A stretch of 63,219 nt of DNA, the filler included, from Octopus bimaculoides (lineage: Eukaryota), in assembly GCF_001194135.2 (NCBI RefSeq). It is 7 parts of 7 records of this genome, joined end to end, with 100 filler letters (N's around TTAATTAATTAA, not from the genome) between each part and the next. Parts side by side here need not be neighbours in the genome. Positions count along the whole stretch, not along the records: positions 34,251 to 41,923 come from NC_068987.1; positions 42,024 to 50,155 come from NC_069003.1; positions 50,256 to 55,731 come from NC_069007.1; 4 more parts are not named here. One strand, 5' to 3'. The translations under genes were made by a program, and so were the position numbers. Of this stretch, positions 40,541-54,430 are shown one piece after another. The notes under the pieces are model-generated. The model saw nothing but the letters and a program-made list of their open reading frames with translations. It was not told the DNA's origin and ran no database searches. Positions within the stretch are counted from its first letter, which is position 1. The number at the start of each line of letters is the position of its first letter.

Positions 40541-41715
40541 ACAAATGGTACAGACGGACAATGAAATATATACGAATTTTTTTGTTGCTCACAACGATCG
40601 CTTCGACCCATCTTGCATCAATTTCGCGGGTGGGAATCTGTACAACAGGTTGTGGTGCATCTCTCGCTGCAGATGTGTCTCCTCTGATGATGTTATAGGG
40701 GGCAACTCGTTAAATAAACCCCGTTTCGCTCAGTTTTAATATAGAACGTTTTTATTGATAGTGAAGCGAGGCCGTTGGGCAGGAATGGCTTGGTACAGAT
40801 TCTGTTGTGATGTTGCTGACACATTTCGTTAGTAGTAAGTCAAAGACAGGGTGTGAATAAGAAAAATATGATAAATAAGAGAAATGAAACGTACAATAAA
40901 GAACAAAAATTATATGCGTCAGTATATACCTAGAATTAATTCCGCACCCACTTATGTGCTTTTGTGTATACAAACACTCTCTCAGGTTTGATGGATACCG
41001 GTATAAAACGTGAAAGAACTATTTGCCAGTACTCCACCGCGATGCGTAGGTAAGGTATTATGAGGGTGTCGTCTCCTGAGTGTAATACTGCAGCGAAACC
41101 GGCGAACATCCAAAACACATATCCATCTTTGATGGATACCTCAAGATACAAAATGACAAGTAGCTAAAATGAAATTAGTGTGTTGCAGTACTAATTCGCA
41201 TAAGCTATCTGCACCTGTGACATTTCAAATGATAAACTGTTCAAAAAAGAAAGTAAATTGCACAAGCAAATAGTAAATATATTAGTAGATATCATTATAA
41301 AATAAACTGCCGACAATCAGATTTAAAAAATCAGATTATACAAGCACGTACGCTATCTTGCGTTAAATATTGATTACTTCACAGCAGGAAAGAAGAAAGA
41401 CTGAAGGCAATAATCTTTGTTTTTAATTAAAGTGTTGTAATATAGTGGTTAGTCATACCAATCTCTATATTGATGAAGAGATGATGGTTTACGGTAGTTG
41501 AATATTTTTCTTCGATAATTAATGGGTAACGTAGTATAAAACTAGACGTCAGTTTAGTACAATGTCGATCGTTGATTCAATTCACGGCATGACTATGTCG
41601 TTTGTCATTTTTTTTTTTTCATTTTGAGACTATTAGCTGCAAACATATATGCCAACATTTTACACATATGCACACGCACACACACACACACGTACACACA
41701 CACACACACACAAAA

Positions 41716-41880
41716 AGACATGTATATGGTTCTGTAGTAAAAAATTTGCTTTTCAACCACGTAGTTCTGGATTCAGTCCCAGTGCGTGGAACTTTCGGCA
41801 AGTCTTTTACAATAGCGTCGATCCAACCGTAGCCTCGTAGGTGTATTTGGTAGACAGAAACGGAACGAAGCCCGTCGTGC
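41716..41880 (+). mobile_element. tRNA-head SINE family 2
   Basis: ggattcagtcccagtgcgtgg...ggtagacagaaacggaacgaagcccgtcg. Confidence 0.78.
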
Positions 41881-42050
41881 ATATGCATACTTACATATGA
41901 ATATATATATATATATATATATANNNNNNNNNNNNNNNNNNNNNNNNNNNNNNNNNNNNNNNNNNNNTTAATTAATTAANNNNNNNNNNNNNNNNNNNNN
42001 NNNNNNNNNNNNNNNNNNNNNNNATATATATATATATATATATATATATA

Positions 42051-42200
42051 AGGCTTGCGGTACAGTTGATGTCTACCAAATTCCACTAAGAAAATACTAC
42101 ATAACCCAGGACTATGGCACAAGACGCTAGCCCAAAATGTCGCTTTGGGGATCGAACCCAAAACTCTGCGGTTGTGAATCATCAAACTTTATAATAACCA
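42051..42200 (-). mobile_element. tRNA-head SINE family 2, diverged
   Basis: Reverse complement has B-box GGGTTCGATCCC and ggaatttggtagac. Confidence 0.65.
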
Positions 42201-42489
42201 ACCTTCAGATTTAAGTTCATATAATCCTTATCTATTTTAATTTCGCATCTTCTCTCTGTTATGTCAGACTTATGTTCTACGTCTTTAGTAAATGTATATA
42301 CGATGTTTCATCTTTGTAGAAAAGAATAAGTATATTTATAATTTGAAGTCTTTTTGTTAGGGACACAAAAAGTATGTCACCAGCCGTCAAAGACTGACAA
42401 ACATTTACTGCTGCAGGCTACCTATTATTTATATCAACTTTACAAATAATGAACCAGTAAGGTATCGCGTACGCGTTTGCTCGACATCG

Positions 42490-42782
42490 TTACTGGCTCT
42501 CCGTCGGTTACGACGACGATTCCAGTTGATGAGATCAATCGAACAGCTTGCTCGTGAAATTTACGTGCAAGTGGCTGAGTACTCCACAGAGAGGGGTACT
42601 CTTGACGTAGTTCTCAGGGAGATTCAGCGTGACACAAGTACTACTCATTTTTGGCAGTTGGGTGGAGTGGAGCAACGTGAAATAAAGTGTCTTGCTCAAG
42701 AACATATCGCGCTGCCAGGAATCGAACTCACGACCTTACGATCGTGAGTCGAAAGCACTAACCATTAAGCCACGCGCCTCCA
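42490..42782 (-). mobile_element. tRNA-derived SINE family 3
   Basis: Reverse complement starts ggaggcgcgTGGCTTAATGGttagtgctttcgactcacgatcgtaaggtcgtGAGTTCGATTCC (A and B boxes). Confidence 0.88.
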
Positions 42783-43712
42783 CGCTCGATATCCTAAAAT
42801 AACAGTACAGCAGTCATCCAACTATTGACTAAGAAGAACGAACCATGTACATGATATAGCGGTAATCAGCATTCTTTGGAATACGTGGTTGCCTCACTAC
42901 TATAGCTACAGCATCTGAATGATCAGACGCACATTAGTGTCTGCGAAATTTTCGAGTAATGCATACATATATGCCATATACCTTTAATACATACATACAT
43001 ACATACATCATACATACATCATACATACATACATACATGCAGGCAAGCATGCATACATGCATACATATTTGTATTAACGGATTTGAATTACTTAAAGTTT
43101 CACAGAAGTGGAAAAAAGAAACCTGATCTTTTATGCTTATGGGATGGTATTAACAACTAATGGTTTAAATCTGGAGATTCAGTGAAGTGTGAAAAACACT
43201 CCTGGTCATTTGGATGCATGGTTCTGAGTAACAAAACTTCCATGACTTCTAGATAAGGCTAGTTACAAACGGATACATTATAAGCTTTGATTTCATAGGG
43301 TAATTCAGATCACGTAATTAGATCCCTAGCTGCTAGCCGCTGACTGGTCTTGGTAGCTTGAAGATAGGTGTGTTAAGACATTATACACACCTGCATAATT
43401 TCAAACCATACTTATACAATGTCTCAATACACCTGTAAAATTTTGTATTACACAAATGTGCCACGATACTTATGTGTGACACAGAACTAATGAATTACTG
43501 CATCTGACTCTATACAGAAATTACAGTGGTTCTTCCCGGATCCAGAACGGAATCTTGAATATATTTGAAATCTTCACTTATTCACCAAACGGATCAGTAA
43601 CTTATTCCAGTTACCCATCTTGTTTTTATGCCGTTGCATTTTCCAAGTCACATAATTATTTCTAGGTTAATCATTAAAAAAATTTCTCCCTGCATTGGGC
43701 ATGTTAACACTA

Positions 43713-43756
<44 letters not shown>

Positions 43757-44454
43757 CTCTGTCTGTCTATTTATCTATCTATTTATCTCTTTATTTATCT
43801 ATCCATCTGTCTGTCTGTTTGCCTGTCTGTTAATCTACCTCCTCTCTCTCTCTGTTTCTCTNNNNNNNNNNNNNNNNNNNNNNNNNNNNNNNNNNNNNNN
43901 NNNNNNNNNNNNNNNNNNNNNNNNNNNNNNNNNNNNNNNNNNNNNNNNNNNNNNNNNNNNNNNNNNNNNNNNNNNNNNNNNNNNNNNNNNNNNNNNNNNN
44001 NNNNNNNNNNNNNNNNNNNNNNNNNNNNNNNNNNNNNNNNNNNNNNNNNNNNNNNNNNNNNNNNNNNNNNNNNNNNNNNNNNNNNNNNNNNNNNNNNNNN
44101 NNNNNNNNNNNNNNNNNNNNNNNNNNNNNNNNNNNNNNNNNNNNNNNNNNNNNNNNNNNNNNNNNNNNNNNTCACCTGTCTAATTACTTCGTTATTAATA
44201 CTTCCTCCTATACTAAACTCGTCAACGCAAACTTGACTATTGTTTGTTTGCTTTATATTTGTTACACATGCCGATGGCGCCTCTGAGTCACTAAAACATT
44301 ATTTGTTTCAATAAAATCAAATAATACGAAACGAGAGCTTATTGTAAGGACCAAAGTTATTGACAGCAGTAAAAACACAAATGTTCTGTATTTGATTGTC
44401 TTGATTTCGTTCTATAACAACAACAACAACAATAACAATAACAATAACAATAAC

Positions 44455-44519
<65 letters not shown>

Positions 44520-44944
44520 AATATAGAGCAAAATAAATTTTAAAATTAAAAATTTGGAAAAAAGAAAAGAAAACAGTGATAATTAGTAAGTTATTGTTCC
44601 ATCGAAATGATTTTGAAATGTCACCAAATTCTAGTTATTTGTTTTGTGACAGTGAATGGTATTGAGGTAAAACAATAGAATTATTATTATTGTTCATTCG
44701 GATTTGGCATATTTCAATACTGTGCCACTACAAAAACAATAACAACTGGAACAATAACACCAACAATAACAATGATAACAGCAGAAGTAAGAGTGAAACG
44801 CATACATGCGTACAAAACATACATACACATATATACATAAATGCTTGCATACATTCACATATACGCGCACAATTCTTTCTGTCATATCTACTCTCCTATA
44901 GTAAATGAGCCAACACCATCCTATGAATAGGACTATGTGTATAT

Positions 44945-44980
<36 letters not shown>

Positions 44981-44986
44981 ATGTGC

Positions 44987-45169
44987 GTATGCGAGTGTGT
45001 ATCTGTACACATAAAAACACAAATACATACGCATGTGTGTGTAGAATTTATACATACACACACACACACATATGCATATATATGCATATGTGTGTGTAGT
45101 CTGTATAAATTCTACACACACATGCGTATGTATTTGTGTTTTTATGTGTACAGATACACACTCGCATAC
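44987..45169. repeat. Near-perfect 183-bp palindrome (67-bp perfect arms)
   Basis: 44987-45053 is the exact reverse complement of 45103-45169; the spacer is itself largely palindromic. Confidence 0.95.
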
Positions 45170-45603
45170 ACATATGCAAACATAAATACTCACACACACT
45201 CATACGTGCATTTATACATGCATACATACGTGTGTGTGCATGCGTGTGTGTATGTGTGTGTGTTGGTGTGTATGACAGCATTTTTGTCCACGGCGACAGC
45301 GTCGACAACGACAACGACAACACCACCACCATCACCGCCGCCGCCGCCACCATCATCAACTACCTACGTTTAATTGCTTCTAATTAAAGACTGTGATGAA
45401 GGAAGCCAACATCATTTCCATTAAATAGATTATTATTTCAAAGACCAACAAGTAGTTCGCAGAATTGGAAGTATGTGTGTGTGAAAGGAAGAGTGTGTTT
45501 GTATGTGTTTGTATATGTGTATGTGTTAATATGTGTGTATATGCCTGTGTTTGTGTGTGTAATTCTGTGTTTGTTTGTAAATGTGTGTACATGTTTGTAT
45601 GTA

Positions 45604-45661
<58 letters not shown>

Positions 45662-46429
45662 NNNNNNNNNNNNNNNNNNNNNNNNNNNNNNNNNNNNNNN
45701 NNNNNNNNNNNNNNNNNNNNNNNNNNNNNNNNNNNNNNNNNNNNNNNNNNNNNNNNNNNNNNNNNNNNNNNNNNNNNNNNNNNNNNNNNNNNNNNNNNNN
45801 NNNNNNNNNNNNNNNNNNNNNNNNNNNNNNNNNNNNNNNNNNNNNNNNNNNNNNNNNNNNNNNNNNNNNNNNNNNNNNNNNNNNNNNNNNNNNNNNNNNN
45901 NNNNNNNNNNNNNNNNNNNNNNNNNNNNNNNNNNNNNNNNNNNNNNNNNNNNNNNNNNNNNNNNNNNNNNNNNNNNNNNNNNNNNNNNNNNNNNNNNNNN
46001 NNNNNNNNNNNNNNNNNNNNNNNNNNNNNNNNNNNNNNNNNNNNNNNNNNNNNNNNNNNNNNNNNNNNNNNNNNNNNNNNNNNNNNNNNNNNNNNNNNNN
46101 NNNNNNNNNNNNNNNNNNNNNNNNNNNNNNNNNNNNNNNNNNNNNNNNNNNNNNNNNNNNNNNNNNNNNNNNNNNNNNNNNNNNNNNNNNNNNNNNNNNN
46201 NNNNNNNNNNNNNNNNNNNNNNNNNNNNNNNNNNNNNNNNNNNNNNNNNNNNNNNNNNNNNNNNNNNNNNNNNNNNNNNNNNNNNNNNNNNNNNNNNNNN
46301 NNNNNNNNNNNNNNNNNNNNNNNNNNNNNNNNNNNNNNNNNNNNNNNNNNNNNNNNNNNNNNNNNNNNNNNNNNNNNNNNNNNNNNNNNNNNNNNNNNNN
46401 NNNNNNNNNNNNNNNNNNNNNNNNNNNNA

Positions 46430-48183
46430 CATTGCCTTTATGTCACTCGTAGAGGTAGCCTTCTCCACTACATTGTCCTCCCCTGGGGAACCAATCTCTT
46501 CCACTGCATCTGAATACTGCTGCTTCTGAAGCTGCAGGAGTTCATCTGTCGTCAGCTCCTCTGAGTGCCCCCTCGACGAGATCGTTAATGTCCCCATCGT
46601 CAACCTCGATGCCCGTGGACTTGCCAAGAAACACTATCTCCTCGACTACAAGTGTCTCAGACTTCAGTCTCTTTCGGATACGCAGTCAGGCCACAGTTTC
46701 CTCCATGCAGAATTCAGTGTTCTTTCCGTTACACCCTGCCAAGTCATATAAATGATTTTCAGGCAGTTAACAATGTTCTAGTGCTCCTGCCAAAACTCAC
46801 GAAGGGTTAGATTTTTATTTTCGGTAACTTCAAAGCACCGATGAAACAGGTCTTTGGTGTACAGGTTTTAAAAATTAGAAATCACCTCTTTGTCTATTGA
46901 CTGCAAGATAGGGGTGGTGTTGCGTGAAAGGTGCAGAACTTGTATGAATTTAAATTCGTCCAGGATAATATCTTTGAGGTTAGGAAGGTGAGCAGGAGCA
47001 TTGTCGAGGATGAGGAGGGCCTTGAGAGGGAGATCGTTCTCCAGAAGGTACTTTTCACTGCTGGTCCGAAGACAAGGTTGACACACTCAGTGAGGAATTG
47101 CCTGGTGACACAGGCTTTAACGTTTGCCCTCCACATGATCTGCATCTTCTTCAGGATTTTGTGCGACTTGAACGCTCCTGGGTTTTTGGAATGATAGACA
47201 AGGAGCGGCTTAATTTTCAAGTCTCCACCTTGCATTGACACAAAGGGCGAAAGTTAGACTATCTTTCATAGACTTGTGACCTGGCATTTTCTTCTCCTCT
47301 GCAGTTATGTAGGTTCTTCTGGGCATTTTCCCCCCAAAAGGCCAGTTTCATCACAGTTGAATACCTGTTCTGGGATGTACCCCCTCGGCTGCGATGAGCT
47401 GACGGAATTCACGCACGAAATCCTCAGCTGCCTGCGTGTCAGAACTCGCTGCTTCTCCATACGTGACGATGCTATGAACACCAGTCCACTTCTTGAAATT
47501 ATCGAACCGAGATTGACCTCACATGCTTCTGCTGATGTCTTCTGCGTCGATGTTCCAGGGTTCTGCTTTAAGAGGTCCCCATACAGCGCTCCTGCTTTCT
47601 CGCAGATGATGGTCTCCGTAATCGTATCCCCTGCGAATTGCTTCTCGTTGATCCACAAGAGAAGTAATTTTTCCATCTCTTCGTGGACAGATGTGCGTTG
47701 CTTGGCGAGCCTCGAGACAACCTTTGATGTTGTAACGGCCTTGATCTCGTCCTTTTTCTTCAGGATGGTGCAGACCATCAACGTACTACGGTCGAATTGA
47801 CGTGCTATGTCCAATACACGCACACTCGTGTTTATCAATGATTTCATTCAGCTTTCTCTTCTTCTCAGCACTGTCCTTTGCGCTAACCTTCTTAGGACCC
47901 ATGACTAACACAACTAATTATTATAAAATAATAGTCAAAATCGCACAAAACAACAACAACAACAACAACAAAACACTGGGAGAAACACAATAGGGATGCT
48001 GTCACAACGACATAAACACGCGAACTGAGCGAGCGGAGGCTGCACTTGTTGGGAGAGCGTGTGCGAGTTCAGCGCCGACTAGCGGTCGCTTGTATGGAAT
48101 TCGCTCGTATGCGGATTTCCACTCGTACTTCAAACCAAAAATTCCCTCAAACAATGGTGCTCTCATACTGCGAGGTTCTACTG
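46430..48183 (-). mobile_element. Tigger/pogo DNA transposon, degenerate; 3' end lost in gap
   Basis: TA|CAGTAGAACCTCG terminus at 48183; ATG 47902 MGPKKVSAKD; CENP-B-like HTH (EMEKLLLLWINEKQ), QVFNCDETGL, LLILDNAPAH, and the TIGD1-like tail SEELTTDELLQL. Confidence 0.95.
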
Positions 48184-48605
48184 TATGTAAATGCATATGT
48201 GTGTATGTCTTTATAAATGTGAGTGTGTGTAAGTGTGGGTTATAATTTCCTTGTTGGTATATTGGTCACGTTGTGATACTCATTCTAATCTAATCCAAGT
48301 CGACTGTGTGTTCCACCCCTTCCTGGGACACCTGTCATTTACTTGACAGTTCCCTGCCTGTTCCCTACCTAACTCTTTCTTCTACATCCCAACGCCATCA
48401 AAATATGTGAACTTAAATCGAAATTAAGAAACCAAAATTCTCAAAGACCAGCGCAGAGGACTACAGAATCAACAGAACGATGAACGATGTATTCTGTAGC
48501 ATATATTTAGCTCTCTTCAGGTTCTGAGCTCAATTCTAGCCGTGTCGACTTTATCTTTTATCTCTCCTCGGTCGATGATATAAAACATAAAGTAAGATTA
48601 ATAAT

Positions 48606-48750
48606 AGGCGCTGGAGTGAATGTGTGGTAAGAAGCTTGCTTCCCAACCACATGTTTCTGGGTTTAGCCCCATTGCGTGGCACCTTAGGTGCCCTTTACTA
48701 TACCCTCGGGCCGGCCAAAGCCTTGAGGGAGGATTTGGTTGACAGAAGCT
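48606..48750 (+). mobile_element. tRNA-head SINE family 2
   Basis: gtgtggtaagaagcttgcttcccaaccacatg...ttgcgtggcacc...ccctcgggccggccaaagcc. Confidence 0.8.
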
Positions 48751-49333
48751 CGTCACACACACACACACACACACACGTGGTTACCCACCCTGCTAGAAAT
48801 AACTACCAAATCTCTCTCATAGCACATTCTAATGTCTTAAAAAAAGGACACGTTAGATAATATAGGCTTGAATTCCCTGCATGTAAGGAAAAGACAGGAT
48901 GATCATACACAGCTGTAAAATTTACGACCATAGATAAGTTTTGCTTGATCGAGGTTGACTTAAGGCGAAACGACAACAACAACAACAATTTCTTGATGAA
49001 GACGCGTCAGTCAGTTGATCTGTTAAAAATGGCAGCCAAATATATTTCATATCACGTTCTAAAAAAAAAAAAAAGGACACATTTTGGATGGTGTAGAGTT
49101 AGATACACTATGTCTGCAATAGTAGAAACTTTTATTTAAAAAAGTTAAAATAAGAAAAAAACGAAAGGTGAGGTTGTCATGGCTGAAATATATTTTTGAT
49201 CCTCTACTTGCTGAATGAGAGTTGACCTGGGATCAAACAACCAAAAGTGCAACAACAGCATAACCACCACGTTGCCACCACTACCACCTTCACCATCATC
49301 ATCACCAGCAGCAACACGGGCTCCATCAACTAT

Positions 49334-49365
<32 letters not shown>

Positions 49366-50099
49366 ATACTAATACTATTACTGCTGCTGCATCTCCTCAT
49401 CTCTTTCACCTCTCCTCCTTCTCCTGCTCCTCCTCTTCCTCCTCCCACCATCACCTCCACCATACTACTACTACTACTACTACTAGACTAGAAGTTTAAA
49501 ATGTTTTGTGAGTCTCTGTGTATGTATGCGTGTGTGCATGTGCGCGCGTGCGCGATGGTGTGCGATCGCGTAGAATCTCCAACTTTGGTTCAATGAGTAC
49601 ATTGGTGTTTATCAATTTAAGAAATTAACCAATTTAATGTATTAGTAAATTTCCTACCAGTTATTATTAACCTGTCAAAGTAAACAGCAGTATGTAAATT
49701 AGCTGGGTCATTATGCGTGAACTAAACGATTCATCTTTTTGCGTTTAAGCTATCAACTACTTTCCATTCTTTCCGCCAACACGTTACACATACAATGTTG
49801 AAGTTAAATGAACTTTGACGATGATTAATAATCTTGGACCGATACTATACACTGTCTGTTCGTCACCTATGTCCACTTTCCTCCCCACCACCTCACCTCT
49901 CTCTCTCTCTTTGTTCTATTTTATAGCTGAAGTCCTATGCTTCGTTTTATAGCTAAAGTATATACGACTTTAAATGCCCACACATGCGCGCACACTCACA
50001 CTGACGCACAGACATACGGAAGTCGTACACAGACACACAGATGCACACAGACACACAAGCAGGCGCGGACACAGATGCACACACACGTACAAGACGTAT

Positions 50100-50155
<56 letters not shown>

Positions 50156-50255
50156 NNNNNNNNNNNNNNNNNNNNNNNNNNNNNNNNNNNNNNNNNNNNT
50201 TAATTAATTAANNNNNNNNNNNNNNNNNNNNNNNNNNNNNNNNNNNNNNNNNNNN

Positions 50256-50314
<59 letters not shown>

Positions 50315-50414
50315 CATGCATATATGTCTCTGTGCATGCATATGTATGTATATATATATGTGTGTGTGTGTATACATATATAAATATACATACACATACA
50401 TACACACACATATA

Positions 50415-50475
<61 letters not shown>

Positions 50476-50839
50476 GATTAAAATACATTTCATATTCAAA
50501 CTTATATAGAATCCACAGACGTAATTATATATACTTATATATAATTTCTCATAAAACTTTTGTATACAAAATATAATATCCATAAATCATAAAAATATTT
50601 TACGAAATGTAAGCTTTAATGATTATACATCATAATTCATGGATATAATTGATATTTTCAAGAGAACACATTTGTATCCATATATAGTAATCTTATTAAT
50701 ATCAGTATTCATCGCAATGTTTTAATTTCCTATAAATAATATTTAAACTTCTATTTTATACTAAATGTAATTGTTTAATCTTAATATTTTATATTTAATC
50801 ACGAATACAGTTTCTTATGAACTCACTTTCTTGTTGCAG

Positions 50840-50911
50840 AGAGCTGGGTGAAAATAATATCACGAATATTGATATAGGAATCATGCAAACGTTTAACCAT
50901 TTAAAGAGATT
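50840..50911 (+). CDS. LRR exon A (72 bp, phase 2-2): (L)ELGENNITNIDIGIMQTFNHLKR(L)
   Basis: ttcttgttgcag acceptor, gtaagt donor, exactly 72 bp, open frame, fits the LxLxxNxIxxI...L LRR pattern. Confidence 0.85.
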
Positions 50912-51068
50912 GTAAGTCTTTTTGATACTATTTCATTCATTGTATATTTCAAAAATTATCCCTTAATTTTATGTTTTGAGTTAAACCTAATTGTTTAGCC
51001 TTAATATTTTATATTTTGTTACAAATCTACTCCATTCAATTTCTTATGAACTCACTTTTATGTTGCAG

Positions 51069-51140
51069 AAATCTAAGTTATAATAAAATCCAGACTCTTA
51101 AAAAGGGCTTCTTCCAGGGGCTTACCGTTTTAGAGGAATT
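51069..51140 (+). CDS. LRR exon B (72 bp, phase 2-2): (L)NLSYNKIQTLKKGFFQGLTVLEE(L)
   Basis: ttatgttgcag acceptor, gtaagt donor, exactly 72 bp, typical-class LRR consensus LxLSxNxIxxLxxGxFxGLxxLxxL. Confidence 0.92.
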
Positions 51141-51197
51141 GTAAGTAGGATCAATCAGTCTTGTTGATACTATTCATTCACGATGTATTTTATTCCC

Positions 51198-51257
<60 letters not shown>

Positions 51258-51559
51258 TGTCTCACTATATCATTCTCACTCTTTTATGCTCTATATATGT
51301 ACGTGGGTATGTGAACGTAAAGATATATGCATGTCTGTCTGTACGTGTGTGCGTGTGTGACAGTGTGTGTGTATGTGTCATAGTGTGTGAGTGTGTCAGC
51401 ATGCTTATGCAATTCTAGCTGTAAATCTTTTACAATGGTTTAGTTCTAGAGTAGCTCTGATTGTATAAAACTGACCAAGTTTTTGCCAACCATGACATTC
51501 ATATCTAATTGTACATTTAGGACTACATTATTTGTAAGTATACAGGGCTTTTACATTTG

Positions 51560-51850
51560 AATTGTAAGGAATTTAGCTACTTTTCAGATAATTTAACTTA
51601 TCCTAAAACAGAACGTTTTGTAAAAGGAAATGGTTTTGATCTATGCCTTCCTCCTACCTGAATCTTTGTGGCTCAGCCCCGTGACCATGGTATGTTACGG
51701 TCATTGAAACTTAAAAACAGGTCAGAGTTCATGCAGCACTTTCTTCTTGTACTAAATAATGTGAGTCATCCTATGGATTTCATAAAGGAAATTAACTTAA
51801 AGGGTACGATGTGGTCATTAACCTCTGCTAAGGACTGCCTGGGATAAAAT
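51560..51850 (+). pseudogene. pogo/Tigger DDE transposase C-terminal fragment (intronic)
   Basis: SDNLTYP...LCLPPT*IFVAQPRDHGMLRSLKLK...DFIKEINLKGTMW resembles LDNxPAHP...FLPPNTTSxxQPxDxGII. Confidence 0.6.
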
Positions 51851-52009
51851 AGACAAAAAAAAAAAAACACTTCAAGGTGGCTGGCACAAACTGAGGTCAA
51901 CTATAATGTTTGAAGATAAGGATAACGAACCAGACTTTACTAGATTCAGGATTTTTAGTCAAAAGAAATTACCAGGCGACTTGAGTAGAGTATGATAGGT
52001 GTATGACTA

Positions 52010-52250
52010 ACCCAGAGTGACGTACCAGAGATGACATAAGGAAACCTAAAAGACTGGATGAACTGGAAGCATCCAAATTAGTCTTGTGGAACCTACTTCA
52101 TGGTGTTGTAAGAAGAGGAAAACGTCACAATTACATCGACAACTTGATCGCAGACATTGGCCTGGAATATATCCAGGACCTCGAGGCAGTGATGAAGGAC
52201 CGAGAAGTATGAAAGGTGGAATTTGTTGCAGCGGTTCGGGTTGGAATCTG
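52010..52250 (+). mobile_element. RTE LINE 3' fragment (intronic)
   Basis: EASKLVLWNLLHGVVRRGKRHNYIDNLIADIGLEYIQDLEAVMKDREV matches the RTE C-terminal pattern LVLWxPxHGxxxRGRPxxTYID. Confidence 0.75.
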
Positions 52251-52399
52251 ACCATAGGATCTCAGGCCTGCTCTTCCAGACGAATGGAGCAGAGCTACGC
52301 ACTCTTGTGATGGACAGATAACCGAGATGCTACGTCTGTGTAGTGACTGACCATAGCGATCTTAGCGTTCTGCCTACACAATCGAAGTAAGTGGAGAAG

Positions 52400-54430
52400 A
52401 GGCACCAACTACCATTAAAACCATCGCTGCTACAAAAACAAAGCAACTGTGGCAAAAACAAAAATAAAATAAAGACGTATCGTAAAAATCTACAACACTA
52501 ATAGCAGTAACAGAGGTGGCGAAGATGTTTGCAACAGTAGCAACATCTTCAGCATGGCCGCCAACAGCAGCAGCAGCAGCAGCAGCACCTCGAGCATCTT
52601 CAGCAACCTAAGCCACCACTCAGAGAAAATCCCAGTCCAACTATCTCTCCCCCTTTGTACATGCTCAAAAACAGACAGGCACACATACACTGAGACATGC
52701 CATTGTTTCCATCCGGACTGGAACTTTCCAACTAGACAACCTTATCTTGCAGCTGAGGAGGAGGAACCTTGGGAATCAAGGATACAAAAAAAAAAGTCAA
52801 AAATAAAAATGCATACAAATGACTCCCAATACAAAAATCAAAGCTATTCCAAACACTTCCAATCCAACAACAACTTACACACCATCACCACCATTACCTC
52901 CAGTATCAGCAACAAAAAGAAAACACCCAAGCATAACAACAACAAGAACACCACCAGCGGACAAACACACAACAATTTGACCTAAGCAAACGACTCCACT
53001 CAAATATACAAAAGGATTTAACACCTACCTTTATGTTAGTTTGAAAAGAATCTAATTCATAGCACAAATGGGAGACAGAAATGAAGGGAGAACTATTAAT
53101 CAAAGCCAAGATCTCGTGCTAAAATGTTATAAGATAATGAGAGGCGTGGAGGCTGCTTTAGTCAATGCCACTAACAGGATTGTGAAAGATTTCCTCAAGA
53201 ACCCCCAAGCAGGCATGGAATCGAATGATCCTGTTCGTCATACAATATAATCGCTAAGGTAGGTGATCCTTTCCCCTTTTTCTTCTTTCCAACCATTATG
53301 GCATCTCTGAGTGCAGGATGTGGAAATGCTCGTGACATGAGATGGGCCTGGAAGTAGGTCACCTGTTCAATGACTTCAGGTCACTGAGCACGGATGTGGT
53401 AGCTATCAGCGAGACCAAGATTTCCGACAAACGTTGTTTCACGGCCACTTTTGGACAAATTTGAGATCTATGCGTCTTTTAATCGGCCTGGAATGAATAA
53501 CAGAGTGGTGGTGTTGTTTAGAGATAAGTCCACGCTTCCTGGACCTGGCGGGTAAGTTGGTAGTTTTGGACCTTGGCAGTAGCGAAAGTAGTGCCTTCAG
53601 ACTAGTGGCTATCTAGTGACTCCGAGATGGGCAAGGCAGCCAGACTTCTACAGGTGTTTAGAGGTGTCCCTGGGAATGCCTCGCTCAATAGTTTTTGTAG
53701 GCAACTGGAATGCCTTCTTGAATGCACGTTTGGATTGAGAAGTGCAAACTGATAAGAGAGGAATGTACAGAAGCGTCGCAAGTCTGCTCAGTCTTTTTCA
53801 GCTGATTGACCGGTCCCATCTGGATTTCTCGAATGTGTCTACGTGCACATAGGCAAATAGCATCGGATCATCCAGATTGTAGCTTTTGTAGGCTAACTGA
53901 AGGAATAGCATATCCTGTCCACAGTTCAAAGTAGCTGGCTACACAGACCACAAATTTGGAATATGATAGGTTCCATATGCAGGGTCCAAGACACTGTAAG
54001 CTGAATGCGTCTTTCCCAACGTGCCAAGTTTTCAGAGACGCTAAGTACGAAGGTTGCATTGTTAGAGCTAGGCACGTACTCTAAGACACATGGAAACGAA
54101 AGTCGATGGGCCTGAGTGGAAGAGGCGCAACGTAGTAACAGTTCCACAATTTGGTATTTGACAGACTGGGAAGGCCAATTGCAACTCGAACCCAAGTAGA
54201 TGTGTGCAGAATCACAGTGACTTTTTGCTGAACTGGACGGGCGCATGCTGGATCGGAGACGGGGGTGGATTTTATCTCCAGTCTCGACGGCTTGCCGCAG
54301 CTCTCAGCAAGGGATGTGGAGTTCTGTGAATTTCCAATAACAGCCGATGACATACATGATGCGATGACTTCGAGCTTTACTTTCATATACCAGACTTGTT
54401 TGGTGATCTTTTGATGAATAGAATTGATAT
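52400..54430 (+). mobile_element. L1/Tx1-like LINE fragment (ORF1 tail plus degenerate APE domain)
   Basis: From about 53300: decayed GCGNAR, DVVAISETK, VVVLFR, FRLVAI, GNWNA and GYWKFN-like motifs; low-complexity CAG/ACC stretch upstream. Confidence 0.7.
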
